Assembly (NCBI GenBank): GCA_002104945.1
Contig: MCFH01000036.1
Coordinates: forward strand, 62,001-126,000
Direction: 5' to 3'
Length of the DNA stretch: 64,000 bases
Source: Piromyces finnis finn
Lineage: Eukaryota > Fungi > Neocallimastigomycota
Positions 13,917 to 28,895 of the stretch are shown here, piece by piece. The position numbers and the translations under genes are program-made. The notes below the pieces were generated by a model, which did no database searches, had not been told where the DNA came from, and worked only from the letters and a program-made list of their open reading frames with translations. The stretch's first letter is position 1. Each line of letters begins with the position of its first letter.

Positions 13917-15504
13917 TATAAAAATTATTTTCTAATATAAATGTTATATACAATATATATATTTTTTTTATCCAGGAAAAACAATATATTTAATAATATG
14001 TTATAATTTTGCCATTTATATAAATTTATTATTTACTGGGATATGTGTTTATAATAACAAAATATGTTATTATAACTAATATTTATTTAAAAAATAATTT
14101 TATTGATTTAATTAGTTTTAAAAATTTTTAATAAAAATAAGATAGGAAAATTTTATAAAGGTGAATAAAAAAATCAATGAGTTTTTTTTTTTTTTTTTTT
14201 TTTGCAGTTTTCCACTATACTTTGGGAATAGTAAATCTATGAATAAATATGAATAACTATTAGATCATTTTCAATATCGATTTTTTATTATCATCGAGGA
14301 ATGTACAATTTCTTATACTCTCTCAATATATATGAAAATTTATTTTTCTAAAACCATAGAAAAATCAAAATATATATATATATTTATATATATAAAATAG
14401 AATAATATATACAAAAGAAATATAAAAAAAAAAAGTTTAATCATATTTTCTCTTTCTTTTTATTAATATTCTTTGTGAACTCTGATTTATAATAATCATA
14501 ATTATTATAATATAAAGTAAAAAATATATATATATATAAAGTATTTATTCGAAATTTAATTATTGAAATGAATTATTCAAAAACTTTACTTTTTATATAT
14601 TCTTTTTAGCAATTAAAATTAATATTAATTTACTTTATATATTATTTTAATTATATAAGAATTATTTATAAAATTATGATTAGTGATTATTTATTATTAA
14701 TTTTGGTTTTCTTCTCGGTTATTATTCTTCCTATTCTTTTTAGGTAAAAAAAAAAATATATATATATATAAAATAAAATTTAAGTCAAACTTTAAAAGTT
14801 TAAATTCAATAATAAAATAATATATGAAAATATTAAAAAGATGGAATGTTAATAATATTAATTATAATTTTAGTAATATAAAATATATTAAAATTAAAAG
14901 TTTTATGGGAAAAGGGAAATATAATTATTTTGATATTATGATAATATACATAAATCCCCTATTTCTTGATATATTATAGGATGGATGTTCAACATCCATT
15001 TCTACATCTTCTTCAATAAATAAAATTACTATGCTTATTTTAATAATATGAACATTTCAAGCTTCAACAATATGAAATAACTAATTATTGAAATAGTATA
15101 ATAATTAAATATGAAAATTATTATTTTAATTGTCTGTGATTCAAAACAATTTTTTTATATTTGAAAATTATACGTTTATTTAAATAATTAAAAGCTTTAA
15201 TTAAAATAAATATTAATAAAAAAAATATTTTAAATTAATCTATAAGGAAAAATTATTGTAGAGTTGTTTCTTTTTTTTTTTTTTTTAAACTTTTTATGAA
15301 ATTTGTTTTTAATATAAAAATTAAGTTATAATAATTGTAAATATTATGTATATATATATATAACGATGTAATGAAAAATAGAGTTAAAGAATAATAAAAA
15401 AGTATTTAATTAAATAAATTAAAATTATAAATTATATATAAAATTAAAATTAACTGAAATATAATATTTATTGTATTAGATATTGGATTTTGGTGCATCA
15501 ATCA

Positions 15505-18500
15505 TTAATTTCTATTTACTGTGGTTATGAAAGGTATTAAAAAAAAAAAAAAAATATAGATATATATATTAATGATTAAATATTTTTATACATTATAAAC
15601 AAAATATTATTTATATATTTATTTTATACTTACAACGACGCTTTGGTTGTGCAATTTTTCTTCCAGTTGGCATGGCACCTATGTTAAATAATGGAGTATT
15701 ATATACGCCACTATTATTATTATTATTGGTATTGGTATTTGCACTAAATTGGAATGTTGGTGTAGATGTAGCTGTAGTTGAATTATTATTACTACCAAAA
15801 GTAAATGATGAAGATCCACCATTACTACCAAAACTATTACTAGTATTACCAAAATTGAATGATCCACCAGTAGTATTAGTTGATGAATTATTTATGCCAA
15901 ATCCACTGTTATTGTTATTAGAACCAAATGAAGGAGTACTACTATTCATAGCATTATTTCCAAATCCAGAATTATTATTGTTATTATTACCAAAGGTGAA
16001 ACCAGAATTAGTACTGCCATTATTATTATTATTGCTACCAAAAGTGAAACTGGTATTAGTATTGTTATTATTGTTGTTACTGCTACCAAATGTAAAACCT
16101 GTACTAGTATTGGTATTATTATTGTTATTCATATTACCAAAACCTCCGGTATTGTTATTACTACCAAATGATGGTGTAGAGTTATTTCCAAAACCGGTAT
16201 TGTTGTTGTTACCAAAGGATGGTGTAGAATTATTTCCAAAACCAGTATTACCATTGTTATTACCAAAAGATGGTGTTGAATTATTTCCAGTATTACCAAA
16301 GGATGAAGAACCAAATCCATTATTAGAGGTATTATTTCCGAAAGAAGTATTATTACTACTAAATGCTGGAGTCGAAGAAGCATTCATATTATTGCTACCA
16401 AAAGCATTATTATTGGAATTACCAAAGGATGGAGTTGATGCCATTCCAAAGCCTGTGTTTGAGGTGGTAGTAGTTGGTGTTTTATTAAAACCTCCAAAAG
16501 ATGGTGTATTAGAAGTATTCATAGAGTTGTTATTAGAGAAAGAAAATCCGTTATTTTGATTGTTTGAAGTTCCAAAAGAAACAGGTTTAGATGAACCAAT
16601 ATCAGACATAGAATTATTATTATTAGAAGATATACCAAATGAATTATTATTTGTACTATTATTTGTAGTACCAAATCCTGTATTTGTATTTTGATTAGTA
16701 TCCATATTTGAAATACCACCAAATCCAATAGATGGTGGATTAGAAGTAGTTGTTGTACTTGCTTTAAAGCTACCGAAAGTAAATTTTGGTGCTGTTGTAG
16801 TTTCATTAGCAGTAGTTGAAGCAGTATTAACAGCAGTTGATGAAATATTGTTGATAGCTGATGAAGTTGTAACAGGTTTAGAAATACCAAATGATACAGT
16901 AGTATTTGAGGAGACACTTGATACAGTTGTTTTAGATAAACTGCTAAATGTTGTGGTTGAAACACTGGTCAATGGATTTGTTTCATTTTTATTTCCAAAG
17001 GAAAAACTACTTGTAGTTGTTGTAGGGGTTGTAGTAGTAGCAACACTTCCAAAAGTGAATTTTGGAGCTTCAGCTTTAGTAGTAGTAGTTAATTCAGATA
17101 CACTTTGGCCAAAACTAAATGATGGCTTAGTTGTAGTAGATGGAGCAGCAGTAGAATTAGACTTTGCTAAATTAAGAAGATTACTAGTAGTATCTGTTGT
17201 TGATGGGGTTATTGTTGAAGTAGTAGTAGCAGCTGTTGAAGAACCAAAACTAAAGGATGGAGCTGTAGTTGTAGTTGTAGATGTTGTTGAAGAATCAAAG
17301 TTGAAAGTTGTAGTTGTAGTTGTTGATGTAGTTGCAGCTGTAGTTGTAGCTGTTGTAGCTGCAGTTGAAGTTGTAGTTGAAGCTGTAGTAGTTACATTTG
17401 AAGAACCAAAGTTGAAAGATGGAGTAAATGAACTCATTGGAGTAGTAGTAGAAGAAGGTTGGGCTGATAAATTCTTTCCAAAAGAGAACCCTGAAAATCC
17501 AGTAGTACCTGCAGTTGTTGTAGTTGATACAACTGGTTTTTCGGTTTTTGAAGAATCACCAAATTTAATAGATTCTGAAGTAGTATTTGCTTTAGTTGTT
17601 CCAAAAGAAAATGATGGAGCTTTTGAATCAGTTAATGTTTTGTCGTTATCAGAAGAAATTGACGAATTAGTTGGCTTAATGCCAAATGAAAATGTTGGAG
17701 CATCTGTAGTCTTTTCTTTATCAAGAGTTTTATTATTGTCATTAGTTTTATTAACATTAACAAATGAAAATCCAACAGTTGTAGTATCCTTTCTATCTTT
17801 CTTTTCATTTACATTATTACCGAATGTAAATGCTGGCTTACCAGTTGATAAAGATGAATCTTTATTAGAAGTTGGAAGATTAAATTGGAATCCAGTGGAT
17901 GATTTCTCTGATATTGTAGTAGAAAATAAACCCTTCTTTGAAGGAGGTTCATCTGATTTCTCATCATCTTTAGTTTGAGTAAAACCTGATAATGTTTTAT
18001 TTTTTTCTGGTTCTTTATTGTTTTCTGATGATGCCTTTTCTGTTGTTGAAAATAAACCTTTCTTTGAGGAATCCGATTTATTTTCATCCTTTGGTTGTTC
18101 AATAGTTTCTGTTTTTGCAGTTGTTGTAAAGACTGAAGCTGTATTTGTAGAATTATTACCAAAATTGCATGTAAATCCTGTAGAGTTTTCTTTTTTATTA
18201 TCAGTCTTGCCTTCTGATGTATCCTTTTTATTTGAGAATGAAAATGTTGGAGTAGAAGATTTTTTTTCTCCATTTGGTTTATTTTCTTTATCTTTTTCAG
18301 AATTTAATTTCTTTGTTTCCTCTTCAAATGTTGTTATTAAATTAATTGAATCATTAATATTATTACTTTTATTTAAGGAATCTAAGAATGGATTTTCTGG
18401 TAAGTCATTAACTTTTTCAATAATATTAACTTTCTTTTCTTTTTGCATTTGAAGCATTTGAATAACTTTTCTGTCATTTGCTTTATCTCTTTGAGACGAT

Positions 18501-20168
18501 CTTGGAGTTGATAATGGTATACGTCTTGCTGATAATGATGATAATGGTGTTGTAAAAATTTTATCTTCACTAATCTTTTTAGAAGTTGGAGTTGTAGTAA
18601 TGAATAATTTTTGGGGGTCAAACTTTTAATATGTTTGGTAAATAAAAAAATAATACCATTTTAAAAATTATATTTTAATATTATTTAATATACAAATATA
18701 AATATCATTGATTATTATTAATATTAATAAGTTTTTCGATTTTTATAGTGCCCACCCACAAATGAACATTTTGAGTTTTCATTAATTGTTATAAATTTTT
18801 AGATATTTGAAAAAAATAATATATAAATTAAAATTAATAAAATAACTATTTTTAATAAAATATAAAATATTATTATTTTTAAATTCAATCTTACATCATT
18901 GTTAATTTTATTCTCTGCTTTTCTAATTATTAATTTGATTATTCTGCGATGTTTCTTTCCTCTCTTCTTTCTTAAAGGTATAATTTCTGGTTCCGAATCT
19001 GAACTATCAATTAATCCATATTTTCCTTTGTTGGTTTTTCTCTTTTTAGCACTACTTGGCGATTCTAATTTTGATTTTTTTTCATTTAAAGAACTTGCTG
19101 AACTGTTTTCATTATTCATTGATGAAATGTTATCACTCTAAATTATTTCATCAATAATTGTATATTAAATTATTGCGATATTATATTTAATATTATATAA
19201 AAAGCTGTTAATAATGGACTATTTATAAAAACAATTTTTTAGTAAATGAGATTTCTATCCAATATAAAATATACCATTTCAACTTCAGTTTCTTCTAAAG
19301 CATGTTTTGATGAACTGTTAGGAATAGTAACTTGATTTTCAGTATTACACTCGTTGATTAAGTTGAGACTTTGTGAAGTTTCAATTGCTTCATCAACTTT
19401 ACTTATTTCATTTTTATTTATTGCAAATTCTGGAACTAATGGAACAAGAGGTTGATTGGTTGAATTTACAAATTCATTATCTTCTTCATCAGAATTTATT
19501 GCTATATATATTTTAATTAAATAAATTAATTATGACTTTAATAAATTAAAAATTACTAATTAAAACCTACATTTATAAAATGGTGAAAATTGAGAATAAT
19601 GTGTTTGAATTGTATTTGATAATACATAATGTTTTGGGGTTGAAACATCAGGTAAATTTAAATTATTGCTTGATATTTCTTTAACTGAAGGATCTTTAAT
19701 TATATATATAAGTCTTTTATTAATAATAATAAAAAATTAATGAAAATATACATAAAATTAATATTACCTGTAATTTTTTTATAAATATATGGAGATTGAA
19801 AATGAGATGTGAATTGTTGATTTTTAAATGACAATTGACGTTGAATTGCTGAAGAACAGTATGGAATGGCTTTCTTTGGAGGTCCTGTTGTACGTCTTGC
19901 TGGACTATTTTTTTTATTTATTTATTTTATTTTTGTTAAAAAAATATATAAATAATAAATAAAAATTTTTAAATCAATTTTTTAAATAGAAAAAAAATAA
20001 TATTTGAGTAATTAAATTTTTACCCTCGACTATCTTGATTTTGCCTTCTTGATTAATAAAATGAATATTAAATTATATATTAATAACATTATAAATATGT
20101 GTATTTATAGTTATATCTTTATTAGCTTACCTCCATATACCATTAATCTTATCGAAAATGTTGATCAT
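15505..20168 (-). CDS. FG-repeat nuclear basket nucleoporin (Nup1/Nup153-like)
   Basis: The large exon 15635-18600 is rich in FxFG (FSFG, FTFG) and TPSFG repeats in T/S/N spacers. After a GTAAGT donor and a CAG acceptor near 15520 the C-terminus reads GRKIAQPKRRLNRN*, like the basic importin-binding tail of Nup1/Nup153. Several short 5' exons; putative ATG at 20166-20168. Confidence 0.8.
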
Positions 20169-20807
20169 TACTATATATAATTTTCTTTTTTATACTTTCA
20201 AATGAATAATCTTAAATAAATGTTTGAGTTATTATAAGTAATGAAATTATATTATTGTTTGTATTTTATGTGAATAAATTATAAGAATTCTGATTGAAAT
20301 ATAAATTTGATTATTTTAATGATAATTTAAAGTTTAAAAAAATAGTTTTATAACTTATTTAATATTCATTTCAATTGAAACGTAAAATAAAAAAAAAACT
20401 TCAACTTTCTTTCTGAATATTTTTTATTACTATTATTCTTTATTATACAATTTATTTATAAAACTTCACACTAACTTATCGATGAAATGAATATATTATA
20501 AATATAAAAAAAAAAACTCTACTGCAAATTTATTGTTTTTTTTTTTTTTTTTTTATTTATTTATTAAATAATATATTAATAATTTATTAATATTAAATAT
20601 TAATATAAATAAATATAAAATAAATTTAAGATCATTGATTTAATTGTATGAAATGTTTTGAATGTAACAAAATGTATACATTATCAAGTTTCTATATATT
20701 AAGGATTATCATCCACTTGAATCAAAGTTTCATGTATATATAATATATTTATTAATGAAACTAAAATTTTTACTCTTCCATTTTTTAAAATATTAAAATA
20801 TAGAAAT

Positions 20808-20844
<37 letters not shown>

Positions 20845-21037
20845 GAAGAAGAAAAATAAAACAATGTTTATATTATATTAAAAATGTTGTTTATATATAA
20901 TGATTTTTAAATTTTTTTTTTGAATGGATCATCCAATTTCAATAAGAGAAATAATTAAAAATTGATTTTAACATTGGCATTACAACTCTGATAAATTTTA
21001 AATTATATTTTAATAATATCGGATATATTAAAAACAT

Positions 21038-21074
<37 letters not shown>

Positions 21075-22718
21075 TGATATAATAAAAAGTCATTTAAAAA
21101 TATTTTTTTTATCTTGTATTAATATTTTATTATTATTATATTCTAATGTTAAAAAGTTATTTTTAAAATTTGTAAAACAAATTTAATAGTAATAACATCT
21201 GTATTAATAAATATTCTAAATTATACATTTTTTTGTCTTTATTTCAAAAACTTAAAAATAAAGAAGATATTGAAAACTTATGAATATATAAAATACCTTT
21301 TTATAAACATTTTTTTTTTTTTTTGTTAATTGGTTTACTAATAAAATATTTTAAATAATACATGATTCATACCTTAAATTTTCATAAATGTTTTTTTATC
21401 TACATCTATATAAGAGAAATATGTTATATATTTATATTATTTTGGTCTGATTTAATAATACATATTTTATTACTTTTTTTTATTATTTAATAAATTATTT
21501 TCCTTTTAAAATAAAACAAAAATGAATTATTATAATTAGAATTAATTAACAATGGTGTAAATGGAAATAAAACAAAGACTCTTAAACTACTTTTACAAAT
21601 AAAAGGATATATAATATATATAATAGTTTAATATTTTTTATCATTATATTTTAATAGATGATAAAATTTAAAAAAAAATATTTCTATATAAATTTTAATT
21701 ATAATAAATTAATTTGAGATATTTATTTTTAATAATTAAAATTGTCATAAAATTTTAGTCTTAACAAATTTTTTATAAAAATTCATATTATAATGTTGAT
21801 GTAAAATAAAAATCTTTTAAAGTTCGTAACAAATTATATCTATATTACTATATTATATTTTTTTAAAAAAAAAAGAAGAAGAAGAAATGAAGAATGCAAT
21901 TTAATACTTATTTATAAAATATCAAATATTTTTATTATAATAGATTGGAAAACATAGAATAACATTTTTACATATTTTATATAATCAAGTAATAATTATA
22001 ATTCATCATATATAATAATGAAATAATGTTATTATTAATGAGACAGCAAGATAATGGTATATTTGTTAAAATAATAAGGGGAAAAAAAGACATTTTTTTT
22101 GTACACTATATAACATTAATTTGAAATTCAATATTTTTTAAATAAATTAATCTTTTAATCAAAAAACTTCTTAACGGGTAAATTAATAATAATAAAAAAC
22201 AATAATAAACTACCTAAATCCTAGAAAATAAAAATAAATTTTTATTTTTATTCAAAAAAAAAAAAAGAAAGAAATATAATCAATTTTCTTTTCTAATAAA
22301 ATATAATGTACATCATATAACATTTAATGAATTAATAACTTAAGAAAGAATAAATGAATTATTTTATTTATTAACAATATTATTAATAATATTAATAAAA
22401 TAATTATTTAGAATATAAAATAAAATAAATATTATTTCAAATGATATATTCTTTATTAATAAACATCTAATTTATTTAACTATATATATATATTACTGAT
22501 TAAATTACATAATATTATATCAACAACTAATATTTTATTAACTAATATTTTATTGTTACTATTGTTATTATTGTTGTTTATACATTTATATAAAAAAAGA
22601 TATAAAAGAAATATAGTTATATTATTGAATTTATATACTTGTCAATTATTTATTTAGAAATATTAAAAACAATAATATTAATACAAATAATAAAATAGAT
22701 GTTTTTAATAAATTCAAT

Positions 22719-25700
22719 ATGGATGTAATACAGTCTTCAAGAGGTCAGCAATCATTAGATGAAGGACTCGATAGGACTATCGAAATAATAAGCCAACATT
22801 TAAGACCAAAAACTTCCCCCAACATTGAATATGGTTCATTAATCAATAATACAAATTATATAAATAGAATTAACCAAGATAACAATCATAATATTGCAAA
22901 TTCTCCATTACCAAATAATTTATTAATAAATAATACTGATAACATTATTAATACTATTCAAGAGAGGTATAAAAATATTTGGAATCTATAAATATACTTT
23001 TGTGAAATAATATATTACATTATTATAAGATATTTCAATTCATATTTTCAAAATAATACAATAGTTTTTTGTTTCCTTTTTTATATTTTCTCTAAGTTTT
23101 ACTATATATCAATTTTAATAATATATTAATATATTTTAATTTAATAATTAAAAAACTATAAATATTATATATATATTTAAATAAATGAATAGTGCAAATA
23201 TTAATAATATAGTAAATGTAAGAATGTAATATAAATTTTTAAAAACATTTTTATTAAATTACCTAACAATTTCATGTTTTAATAATTCATAATTTTATTA
23301 TAAATATTTATTAATGATATATTGATAAAATACAAAAAAATTAAAAAAAAAAAAAAAAAAGAAAAAAGAAGAAGAGGAAATGAAAAGTATAATTGATACA
23401 TTAGATGTAAGTCCTAGGAAAATATTAATATAAATAATAATAATAAAAAACTTTTTTACTTTATAATTTTAATCATTTACTTTATTTTTATAAAGATTTT
23501 TAAGCAATCTTGGCCAAAACCATTAAGTCCTCTAAAACCAATAAACCCAAATGATAAGAATTCCTTAATAAAAAATGAGTCACAACCTGATAAAACCAAA
23601 GATAAAATAGAAAAGAATACAGAAAGTAAAACAATTAAAATTGAAAGTCCAGTAAACAAAATAGAAAGTACTAAAAAAGAAAGTCAAAATATAACAAATA
23701 AGGAAGTTAAACCTGAAAATGGTAATACAATTATTTTAAAAAAAATTTTTATATTTTTCATTTAAATTATTCATAATTCTAAATATTATTTCAAAAATAA
23801 TATTTTTAATATTTAATTAAATAATATTAATGATAGATTTATTTGAAGACGCCTCATCAAGGTATATTAGAATTAATATTATATATATTGAAAATTTTAT
23901 AATCAAATATATAAATTGAAATTGTTATTATAATAAATTAATATTAAATAATTTATAAATATTTATTTTAAGTAGCTTATCATCTGTACCGTCATATTCA
24001 TTAACATCTAATAGTGATAGTATAAGTTCAAAGGATTCCAGTAATAAAAATAATAACGATCCTGAGAAAGATTCAAAGTCAAGGTATGCAAAAACAGAAT
24101 TAGAGAGCACTAATAAAAAGAAAAGTTTAACAACATTACTTTCAAAAGAAACGAGAATTAAAAAACGAACAAAATCCATTTCTGACGAAGAAATGTATTC
24201 GGATGAGGATGATGTTAAAAACAATGAATTTAAAAAGAAATTAAAAGAAAAGTCATTAAGAAAAGCAAAAGTCAAAGAGACAACTAAGCAGGAATCATCA
24301 GCTGTTAATGATATTGAAGAAAACGAAATACAAAATTCACAAGAAACAAAAACAATTTCAATGGCATCATACCGTAAAAGATATTCACATGAAAATAATG
24401 ATACAGAAAAAGATACAACAGATTATATTGATTCATCTAAATTCAAACGTAGGAAAAAATTAAATAAAGCAACAGAAGAATCAACAAATAATATATCCAG
24501 TATTTCCAAAGAAAAGAAAATTAAATCTGAAAAAATAATTCATAGTGATAATGAAAACTTATCTAATATTAAAAATATAGATAAATCTAAAGATAAAGAA
24601 AGTATTATGAGTCGTAATAATAGTAACAGTAGTTTAAAGAAAATGAAATCACAAAAAATTGAAAGTAGTTCTAGTTCTAGTTTAATTAAAAAGAAAGTAC
24701 AAAGTATTAAGAAAGCAGATTCTATTAGTGATACGGATGAAGAACCAAAAAGCATAAAAAAGAAAACAAGTATTAGCGCTTACCTTAAACAACAAAATAT
24801 GAAAAAAGAAAATCTAATTAATAATTCTGAAAGTGATAAAGAAGAATTGCAAGAATCAAAGAAACAAAAGCCAATCATTAAAAAGAAGAAAGTTTCAAGT
24901 GATAGTGAAGAGGAAGAGGGATCAATACCATCTAGTAAAATCACTCTTAAACTTGCCAATAAAAAAATTAATGAAGATGAAGACATTTCAGAATCAAAAA
25001 AGAAATCTGGTACATTATTAAATAAAAAAAGTAATTTATTAAATGATGATGAAGAAGACAGCTTAGCATTATCTAAGAAAATTTCAAAAAACAATAAAAG
25101 ATCTAATATATATAGTGATGAAGAAGATAATCTAACACCATCTAAGAAAGTTTCAAAAGGTAGTAAAAGATCTAATGTATATAGTGATGAAGAAGATGAT
25201 TCCTTGCTAAAAAAAAATAATAATAAAAATAGAAGTCGAAAATCAAGTAATTATAGTGATGATGAGTATGATGAATCTGAAGTAAGAACTAAAAAAAAGA
25301 GCAAGCGTATTGGTAAAAAGAGTTATACAAATAGTGATGATGATGAAGATGAAGGTTCTAAATCTATTTCAAAAGAATATAAAAAGAAAATTAAAAATAG
25401 AAAAGAAAAAAATAGTAACGATGAAGGTGAAGAAGAAGTTAAAACAATTTCAAAAGAATACAAAAAGAAAATTCGAGCTAGAAAAGAACAAAATAGTTAT
25501 GAAGAAGATGATGAAGATTCTAAATCTCTTTCAAAGGAATATAATAAGAAAATTAAAAATAGAAAAGAACAAAATAGTGATGATGAAAGTGAACCAGGTG
25601 AATTAGTAGAAAAATTAACTAAGCATAAAAATTCTACTAATAAAACAAGTGCTTCAGTAACTCCTGACGTTGATGGTAACAGTACAAGTTCAAGACTATC

Positions 25701-28266
25701 TACTCTTCGAAAAACTAGGAAAAAGCCAAGCATTAATTATAATTATAGTTCTGATTCAAGTAGTTTAACTGATTCTGATGAACCACTACATGAAAAAAGA
25801 GAAAAAGAAAAGAAAAAGGTTGAGAAACCAAAAGATAGAAGTAAAACAAATTCTGAAAATCATACACCCGAAAAGAAACTTTCAAAACCTTCAGAAAAAG
25901 AAAAAACAAAAATTAGACTTTCCTCTAAATCAAGTGAAGTTGCAACTGTTGACACACCGACACCATCAATTGAAAGCAAATCTAAAAAATTGGATAAATA
26001 CGAAACAAGTTCCGTTGGTAGAAGAAAACGTGCATCTTCCAAAATATCCAATTCATCAGATAGTGAAGAAGGTGAATATGAAATTAGTAAACGTTCAAAG
26101 CTTTCAACTGAAAATGCAACTGAAGAACAGCTTAAACATCGTAGCTCTATTTCACAATCAAAATCAAAAACTGATAAAAAAGATGGTACTAATGATAAAA
26201 AATCATCGATTGCTACTGATTCCAATCGTAATATCCATAGAAAAAGTTCTAGTGGCTATAATAAGACACCTGAAAGCAATACACCTGTAGTTGCTTTAGA
26301 TAAAACTGTAACTGCTAAGTTAATTGTTGAAACTCAACAATCAAACATCACATCATCTCCTCATAGTAGAAGTATGTCTGTAGATCGTAATGATTCATCA
26401 AGTGAACGTATACATGATAAGGATAGAGAAAGAGATAGAGATAGAGACAGAGATAGAGATAGAGATAGAGACAGAGATAGAGATAGAGATAGAGACAGAG
26501 ACAGAGATAGAGACAGAGATAGAGATAGAGATAGAGATAGAGACAGAGAAAGAGACAGGGATAGAGAAAGAGAAAGAGACAGAGAAAGAGACAGGGATAG
26601 AGACAGAGACAGAGATAGAGATAGAGACAGAGATCGTGATAGAGAGAGAGAGAGAGACAGAGAGAGAGAGAGAGATAATAGTAGAAGTCGTAATCGTTAT
26701 TCACGTGAAGACAAAGAAAAGGCTTCAACAAATAGCACTATCAAGAGAACATCATCAGCTGAACGTTTACCAGCAAAAGAAAAGACTCAAAACACTGCTA
26801 TCAACAATTTAACCAATAATACTAGCATCAATACCAATTCAAATACCAATACTAGTAATATAAAAAGTTCTGGTAAAAATGGAGATAGCAAAATTGAAAA
26901 AGCAAATGAATCTCTACCTCTTAATAACAAATCTAATAAGAACAATAATGATTCCGGTATTCCATCTACAACGGATAGTATAAATGCAACTAATATTGAA
27001 CGTACTAAAGAAAAAGATAAAGAACGTGATCGTGATCGTGATAAGGAAAGAGAAAGAGAAAGAGATCGTGATAGAGACCGTGATAGAGATCGTGATAGAG
27101 ATCGCGAAAGAGATAGAGATCGTGAAAGGGATCGTGATAGAGATCGTGACAGAGATAGAGATCGTGATCGTGAAAGAGATAGAGACAGAGATAGATACCG
27201 TGATAGAGATAGAGATCGTGATAGAGAAAGAGACCGTGATCGTGAAAGAGATCGTGATAGAGAAAGAGACCGTGATCGTGAAAGAGATCGTGATAGAGAT
27301 CGTGACAGAGAAAGAGATCGTGACAGGGAAAGAGATAGAGACAGAGATAAGGCTAAAGAGAAAGAAAAGGAAAAAGAAAAAGAAAAGGAGAAAGGAGAAA
27401 CTAGTAACTTTTTATTTATTAATTATTAATATGAGCTTATTAAAAATAATTTTTAAATTTTGTTTCCTAAATTTTAATTTATAAATTAAAATTCTTATAA
27501 TTATTAATATTTATTTTAGGTGAAGATAAAACTAGGAATGATAAAGAGGATACTGAAAAAAATACTAAGAGAAGTAGAAGAAATTCACAGATGACTACAG
27601 ACAACTCATTAAAGAAAGAAAAGATTAGTCTTTCACAATATATGATGAATAGATCATCTCTCCGTTCAGATAGTAATGATAATCTTTCAACTAATGAAAA
27701 TCATGATGATGCTAATCAAGAAAAAAGTAATCAAAATGCACATTCCAAAACATCATCAAAAGATTTATAGTAAGTATAAAATAGAACTTTTAATATTACT
27801 ATTTAAATTATTTTTTAGTATTTAATATTAACTTTTTTTTTTTTAAATTTTCTAGTCGTGCTAGAGGTCAAGATCATAAACATCGTGGAGAACAATTCCA
27901 AAAGAATAAAAATATGAAATTATTTGTTTTGGATTATATTTTAGCATCACTTCTCTTTACAGAAACATATATAGATGTAAAGAAAACTTTATTAATATAT
28001 CATCATTATTTTATTATTTTAATCATAATTAAAATTAATTTTATCTTAATAAATAATATTTATTTTAATTATTTATTCAAATATATATTTTTTAGGGTTT
28101 TTATTATACCGAATTTGAATCAACAAGAAAATTTATTTTCCATTGTGTTGTAATTTCCACAAAAAATGATATGAAATGTTTATCAGCATTATGGTAATTA
28201 TAATAATAGTAAACTATATATACATATTCTAAAAAAAAAAAAATTATGAATTAACCTTTTTATTTT

Positions 28267-28299
<33 letters not shown>

Positions 28300-28895
28300 A
28301 ATCTTATTTATAAAGTGTTGCATTAGAAGCTAATATCATTAATCAATGTGTTATATCATATTTAAAATCATCAATTAAGAAAGATGTTGAAAGTTATCAA
28401 GCACTTTACAAAAGTGGCAAAGCAACAGAAGTAATTTAAATATTCATACAAAAATATTATTATTATTTTGACTATATCACTAATAATTATTATTATTTAT
28501 AGGAGGATTATAAAACATATTTCAATTCAAAGATAAAAAAGTCATTAAAATTAATAGAAGAATTGGATCGTTCGAATCAGCTGTGGTTAGAATTTGAAAA
28601 TCACAGATCTCTTATACTTTGTAAGTATATTTTAATAATTAAATAGTTTATATTAATAATAAAAGCTATTGAAGTAGGTTAAGAACATGTATATATATTA
28701 ATAATTTATATATTAAATAATTTCAAAATAGCTGAATTCCCAAAAACTTTCAAAAATTCGAATATATCACTGGTAACACCTGTTGTTAAAACAATAGAAA
28801 TTATAAGGCGTTGTATTAAAGAATATATTGAAAATAAGGGATTAATGGATAAATTCACAGATTGTGATAAATGTACTTGTATGAAAAACATTTGA
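22719..28895 (+). CDS. Probable AF4/FMR2 (AFF)/Ebp1-like super-elongation-complex scaffold; long K/S/D/E-rich disordered middle with RD repeats
   Basis: Spliced N-terminal part gives EMKSIIDTLD|QSWPKPLSPL, resembling the AFF motif EILKEMTHSWPPPLTAI. C-terminal exons give DLYRARGQDHKHRGE...LDYILASLLFTE...LSALC, resembling the AFF C-terminal homology domain (AKKLKHxAD...YLDAVxSFIE...LxxLC). The first-exon connection is inferred. Confidence 0.65.
26416..26673 (+). repeat. Coding GAYAGA hexamer array encoding an RD/RE dipeptide block (block 1)
   Basis: About 40 Arg-Asp/Arg-Glu dipeptides in ORF 24193-27429. Confidence 0.95.
27019..27348 (+). repeat. Coding GATCGT/GATAGA array encoding an RD/RE dipeptide block (block 2)
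   Basis: About 55 RD/RE dipeptides. Mixed CGT/AGA Arg codons differ from block 1, which is almost all AGA. Confidence 0.95.

Noticed and set aside
15672-17978. Long plus-strand V/L-rich ORFs (295 aa and 376 aa)
   Set aside because: Antisense shadows of the T/S/N-rich nucleoporin exon, whose codons rarely create stops on the opposite strand.
26348-27484. IEIE/LYLYL-type ORFs over the RD repeats
   Set aside because: Alternative-frame and antisense readings of the hexamer repeats.
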